A DNA stretch of 64,000 nucleotides from an uncultured Actinomycetes bacterium (lineage in GTDB: Bacteria; Actinomycetota; Thermoleophilia; Gaiellales; JAICJC01), in the NCBI GenBank assembly GCA_963709425.1, contig CAVPWG010000002.1, positions 134,499-198,498 on the forward strand, in the 5' to 3' direction. The notes below the pieces were generated by a model. The model saw nothing but the letters and a program-made list of their open reading frames with translations, searched no databases and was not told the DNA's origin. Positions 60,131 through 64,000 of the stretch are shown piece by piece. Positions within the stretch are counted from its first letter, which is position 1. The number at the start of each line of letters is the position of its first letter. The position numbers and the translations under genes were made by a program.

Positions 60131-61080
60131 CCGCAACGACGACGGAGCGACTGCAGGACGAGGTGCGCTCGCTCGCAACCGAGCGCAAGGCCGTCGTCCT
60201 GGCGCACAACTACCAGGTGCCCGAGGTGCAGGACGTGGCCGACTACGTCGGCGACTCGCTGGGGCTCTCCCAGCGGGCCGCAGCCACCGAGGCCGACGTG
60301 ATCGTGTTCTGCGGTGTCCACTTCATGGCCGAGACGGCCGCGGTGCTCGCCCCGCAGAAGACCGTCCTCATCCCCGACCTCGACGCCGGCTGTTCGCTCG
60401 CGGCGTCGATCGACGCCGACGCGCTGGCGCGGTGGAAGGCAGAGAACCCGGGAGCGGTGGTCGTGAGCTACGTCAACACGACCGCCGAGGTGAAGGCGCT
60501 CTCGGACTACTGCTGCACGTCGGGAAACGCGCGCCAGATCATCGAGGCCGTCCCCGCGGATCGCGACATCCTGTTCCTCCCCGACATGTTCCTGGGGGCC
60601 TACCTCGAGCGCGTCACGGGCCGCAAGATGAAGGTGTGGCCGGGCGAGTGCCACGTCCACGCCGGGATCCGGCCCGATGACGTCGCCAGGACGCTCGACG
60701 AGCACCCCGACGCCGAGCTCCTCATCCATCCGGAGTGCGGCTGTGCCAGCCAGTGCATGTACGCGGCGTCCGACAACCCGGCGCTCGGCGCGCGCACCCA
60801 CGTGCTCTCGACCGAGGGCATGGTGCAACGGGCGCGGACGTCGCCACGGCGCGAGTTCATGGTGGCCACCGAGACGGGCATCCTGCACCGGCTGGGCAAG
60901 GAGGCGCCCGACGCTCGCTTCTACGCGATGAGCGAGCGGGCCGTCTGCCGCTACATGAAGATGATCACCCTCGAGAAGCTGCGCGACTCGCTGCTCGAGA
61001 TGCGCCACCGAGTCGCGGTCGACCCGGAGCTGGCAGCCCGCGCCCGCGGCGCGATCCAGCGCATGGTCGAGATCACGTAG
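60127..61080 (+). CDS. nadA: quinolinate synthase
   Basis: Tail of ORF 59452..61080, from ATG 60127 (ATGA overlap with nadC). Has VVLAHNYQVPEVQDVAD, CGVHFMAETA, VSYVNTTAEVKA and HPEC. Confidence 0.93.
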   Translation: MTATTTERLQDEVRSLATERKAVVLAHNYQVPEVQDVADYVGDSLGLSQRAAATEADVIVFCGVHFMAETAAVLAPQKTVLIPDLDAGCSLAASIDADALARWKAENPGAVVVSYVNTTAEVKALSDYCCTSGNARQIIEAVPADRDILFLPDMFLGAYLERVTGRKMKVWPGECHVHAGIRPDDVARTLDEHPDAELLIHPECGCASQCMYAASDNPALGARTHVLSTEGMVQRARTSPRREFMVATETGILHRLGKEAPDARFYAMSERAVCRYMKMITLEKLRDSLLEMRHRVAVDPELAARARGAIQRMVEIT

Positions 61081-61179
61081 ACCGCCGCGCGACGACGGGG
61101 CGCCGGCATGATCACTCCTGATACCGTCGCGGGCATGGCGAGCGACTGCAACGCGCACGCAGACCGGCCGGAGGCGTAG

Positions 61180-61744
61180 GCGCTCATCCTGGTCCCCACC
61201 GACGTCGAGGCCGAGCTCCTGGGCGACGGCCTGCCCGGCCGCCTGCGTGTGTGCGGGTTCGGGCTCGCAGCCGCCGGCGCCGGCGCGGCGCACGCCATCG
61301 CGACCCACGCGGCCGACGCCGAGGCGGGGGTCGTACTCGTCGGCGCCGCAGGCACGTTTGACACCGGGCGGCTCGCGATCGGCGCGGCGTTCGACGCGGC
61401 CGCCGTGCGCATCGACGGGATCGGTGCCGGCGGAGCGGGACCCGGCCCAGCTTGGCTTCGCCGATGCCGACGTGATCGCTCTGGGAGGCGAGGACGGCGA
61501 GGTGCTCTCGGTCGCCGCCGCGGCGGACGGCGCCCCGAGCGCCGCCCGGCGCGCAGCGCGGTACCCGGCCGCACTCGCCGAGGAGATGGAGGGGTTCGCA
61601 GTGGCGGTGGCAGCCGGGCTCTTCGGCGTCCCGCTTCGGATCGTGCGCGGCGCGTCCAACCTGGCGGGCGACCGAAACCACGCGGAGTGGCGGATGGCCG
61701 AGGCCCTCGCCGCAGCTCGGACGCGACTCCTGGAGACGGCGTGA
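61180..61744 (+). pseudogene. mqnB: futalosine hydrolase (MqnB-like nucleosidase), frameshifted near 61431-61450 and lacking a canonical start
   Basis: The frame opening at 61180, right after TAG 61177, reads ALILVPTDVEAELLG...VCGFGLAAAGAGAAHA...VVLVGAAGTF...RIDGIGAGGAG and then junk. ORF 61247..61744 supplies ...QLGFADADVIALG...AEEMEGFAVAVAAGLFGVPLRIVRGASNLAGDR. Confidence 0.75.
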
Positions 61745-62572
61745 AGCTCCGGCTCGGCCTCTCGACGTGCCCGAACGACACGTTCGCCTTCCACGCCATC
61801 CTCGAGCGTCGCATCGACCTGCGCGGCCTCGAGTTCGAGGCGGAGCTGCTCGACGTCCAGGCGCTGAACGACGGGCTCTTCGCGAACCGGTACGACATCT
61901 CGAAGGCCAGCTTCCACGCCGCGCTCCTGCTCGCCGACCGGTACGGCGTCGTCCCGGCCGGGTCGGCGCTCGGGCTTCGGCGTCGGCCCGCTGATCGTCG
62001 CCGCACGCGACGGCGTCTGGCCGTCGCCCGAGGCCCGCGTTCTGTGCCCCGGCCCGACGACGACGGCCACCCTGCTCTACCGCTGCCTTCATCCCGACAG
62101 CGCCCGGATCGACCACGCGGTCTTCTCGGACATCGGCCCCGCGCTCCGGCGAGGCGATCACGACCTCGGCGTGCTGATCCACGAGGGCCGGCTCACCTAC
62201 CGCCGCGACGGCCTCCGGCTGGTCGAGGACCTGGGCGCGTCGTTCGAGGACCTGGCACGGGCTCCGGTGCCGCTCGGCGGCGTCGTGGCGCGCCTCGACC
62301 TGCCCGACGACGTGGTCGAGCGGTTCACGGCCGTCCTGCGCGATTCGATCGCCTACGCCGCCGCACACCGCGGCGACGCCCTCGTCACGATCCGGCGGTA
62401 CGCCCAGGAGCTGGGCGAGGACGTGATCTGGCCCTACGTCGCGCTCTACGTGACCGAGCACACGGTCGATCTCGGCGAGGAGGGCGCGCGGGCGCTCGAG
62501 GTGCTGGAGCAGACCGGGCGTGAGTCGGCCGCGCTGCCCGAGGATCTGCCCCGCCTGCGCATTCTCGTTTGA
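61741..62572 (+). pseudogene. mqnD: 1,4-dihydroxy-6-naphthoate synthase, frameshifted near 61970-61974
   Basis: From GTG 61741 (GTGA overlap) the frame reads VKLRLGLSTCPNDTFAFHAILERRIDLRGLEFE...RYGVVPAGSALG and then junk. The +2 frame continues GFGVGPLIVAARDG...CPGPTTTATLLY...LGVLIHEGRLTY to the stop at 62572 (ORF 62171..62572). Confidence 0.85.
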
Positions 62573-62582
62573 ATTCACGTTT

Positions 62583-62621
62583 CGCCTCGTCTAAATTGTG
62601 ATTTAGATGTTGAGCGAGGCG
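62583..62621 (+). promoter_or_regulatory. AT-rich perfect palindrome overlapping the mntR start codon (candidate MntR/DtxR-family operator)
   Basis: TCTAAAT-tgtg-ATTTAGA (62590..62607). Its last base is the A of ATG 62607. It is flanked by a second complementary pair, CGCCTCG (62583..62589) and CGAGGCG (62615..62621). Confidence 0.5.
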
Positions 62622-63264
62622 GCACAGGACTACATGAAGCAGATCTATCTGCTCGAGCGCCGGGACGGCAAGGCGTCGACGTCGGCGCTGGCCGACGCGA
62701 TGGGCGTCTCGGCCGCCTCGGCGACGGCGATGGTCAAGAAGCTGGCGACCCTGGGGCTCGTCGAGCACAGCCGCTACCACGGCGTCACCCTCACGCCACC
62801 GGGCGAGAAGGTGGCGCTCGAGGTGGTCCGCCACCACCGGCTGCTCGAGGTCTACCTGACGCGAGACCCTTGGCCTCTCGTGGGATCGCGTGCACTCCGA
62901 GGCCGAGCGGCTCGAGCACGTGCTCTCGGAGGAGCTCGAGGCCGAGATCGACCGGGTGCTGGGCTACCCCGTGACCGACCCCCACGGCGATCCGATTCCC
63001 ACCCCCGACCTCGTGATCGCGGCCGAGCCGGCGCAGCGCATGGCCGAGCTCGAGCCCGGCCAGGCCGCGGTGGTGCGCCAGGTGCCCGACGGCGATCCGT
63101 CGCTCCTGCGCTATCTCGCGGGCCTCGGGCTGGTGCCCGACACGCCGTTCACAATGGTCGAGAAGGCCCCGTTCGGCGGGCCGCTGACGCTGGAGGTCGG
63201 CGGCACGCAGCAGGCGGTCGGAGTCGAGCTGGCCGAGCGGATCGGCGTCGAGGTGACCGCGTGA
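62607..63264 (+). pseudogene. mntR: DtxR/MntR-family metal-dependent transcriptional regulator, frameshifted near 62858-62863
   Basis: ORF 62607..63998 gives MLSEAAQDYMKQIYLLERRDGKASTSALADAMGVSAASATAMVKKLATLGLVEH...RHHRLLEVYLT and then junk. ORF 62890..63264 and preceding codons give ETLGLSWDRVHSEAERLEHVLSEELEAEIDRVLGYPVTDPHGDPIP plus an SH3-like FeoA C-domain. Confidence 0.85.
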
Positions 63265-64000
63265 CGCCGAACGCCGTTCGCGCGGCTGTCGCGCCCGCAC
63301 CCCACATCAGCACCCCATGGGCCCGGATCAAGCGTGTCCTGCCGTTCCTCGGGCCGGCGTTCGTGGCGAGCGTCGCCTACATGGACCCGGGGAACTTCGC
63401 CACCAACATCCAGGCCGGCGCCGACTTCGGCTACATGCTCCTGTGGGTGCTCGTCGCCTCGAACCTGATGGCGATCCTCATCCAGTCGCTCTCGGCCAAG
63501 CTCGGCATCGCGTCAGGTTTGACGCTGCCGCAGGCGATCCGCGCGAACACCACCCGGCGGGTGCGGATCGGGTTGTGGCTGGCGGCCGAGTCAGCCGCGA
63601 TGGCGACCGACCTGGCCGAGTTCCTCGGCGCCGCCATCGGGATGCAGATCCTGTTCGGGCTCGGCCTGCTCCCGTCGGCGCTCCTGACGGCGGTCGCGTC
63701 GTTCGCACTGCTCGCGGTGCAGCGCTTCGGTCACGTGCGCTTCGAGGTCGCGATCATGGCGATTCGTCGCCGTGATCGGCGCCGCGTTCGTGATCGAGAT
63801 CCTCATCTCGAACCCCGATCCCGCAGGCGTCCTGCACGGCATGCTCGTGCCGGGCATCCAGTCGAGCGCCGTCTACGTGGCGGTCGCCATGGTCGGCGCG
63901 ACCGTGATGCCGCACGTCGTCTACCTCCACTCGGGGCTCGTCCAGCACCGCAACACGATCCTCGACGGCAAGAGCAAGCGCGAGCACTTCCGCCATGAGC
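63261..64000 (+). pseudogene. mntH: Nramp-family divalent metal (Mn2+) transporter, frameshifted near 63760-63763; 3' end beyond window
   Basis: From GTG 63261 (GTGA overlap with the mntR stop) the frame reads ...LGPAFVASVAYMDPGNFATNIQAGADFGYMLLWVLV...RFEVAIMA and then junk. The +1 frame continues FVAVIGAAFVIEILISNP...VGATVMPHVVYLHSGLVQHR to the window end. Confidence 0.88.

Noticed and set aside
48691-61179. TAG reassignment (for example pyrrolysine or a sense TAG) as the explanation for the two genes that open right after an in-frame TAG.
   Set aside because: TAG terminates several well-defined genes here at their expected ends (yciI, cysP, phoU, nadA, the M24 peptidase). Only two cases exist. 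No pyl genes are seen. Non-canonical initiation or base errors are simpler explanations.
61108-61179. A 23-codon ORF (MITPDTVAGMASDCNAHADRPEA) between nadA and mqnB, considered as a leader peptide or gene.
   Set aside because: It is too short and has no SD or recognisable motif. It is noted only because its TAG abuts the mqnB frame, and it is treated under the mqnB start finding.
21190-63770. Programmed ribosomal frameshifting or transcriptional slippage as the cause of the frame breaks.
   Set aside because: There are no slippery heptamers or long homopolymers, and no shared motif or downstream structure. The breaks fall in unrelated housekeeping genes whose homologues are single-frame.

Overview
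This is a gene-dense chromosomal segment of about 70% GC. Several features give it an actinobacterial flavour: NucS/EndoMS, a SigR-RsrA pair with a GGAAT-N18-GTT promoter, a tkt-tal-zwf-opcA operon, and futalosine-pathway mqnB/mqnD. I cannot name the species. I support about 65 protein-coding genes and found no rRNA, tRNA, CRISPR array, transposase or integrase. The content is mostly housekeeping: pentose-phosphate and glycolytic genes (gnd, pgi, rpiA, tkt, tal, zwf, opcA), sulfate ABC import (cysPTWA), a large NAD-specific glutamate dehydrogenase, pstSCAB with a divergent phoU, NAD synthesis (nadBCA), menaquinone (mqnB, mqnD), MntR with an Nramp Mn transporter, two ECF sigma modules, an orphan DNA methyltransferase, and assorted oxidoreductases and hydrolases. 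The most striking sequence-level result is at least 12 single-base frame disruptions in otherwise well-conserved genes. All lie between about 21 kb and 64 kb, and I found none in the first 19 kb. Eleven of the twelve read as +1 insertions, often beside G or C runs. I cannot tell assembly error from real pseudogenisation using the sequence alone. Candidates for undescribed biology are modest. The first is pstSCAB followed by a translationally coupled 172-aa unknown protein and an OmpR-type response regulator with no histidine kinase. The second is a hemerythrin gene in the slot normally held by pgl in the PPP operon. The third is two genes (an ECF sigma and mqnB) with no ATG/GTG/TTG start that begin right after an in-frame TAG. 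I also report several clean palindromic operators and promoters. Nothing here resembles a known defence island or mobile element.
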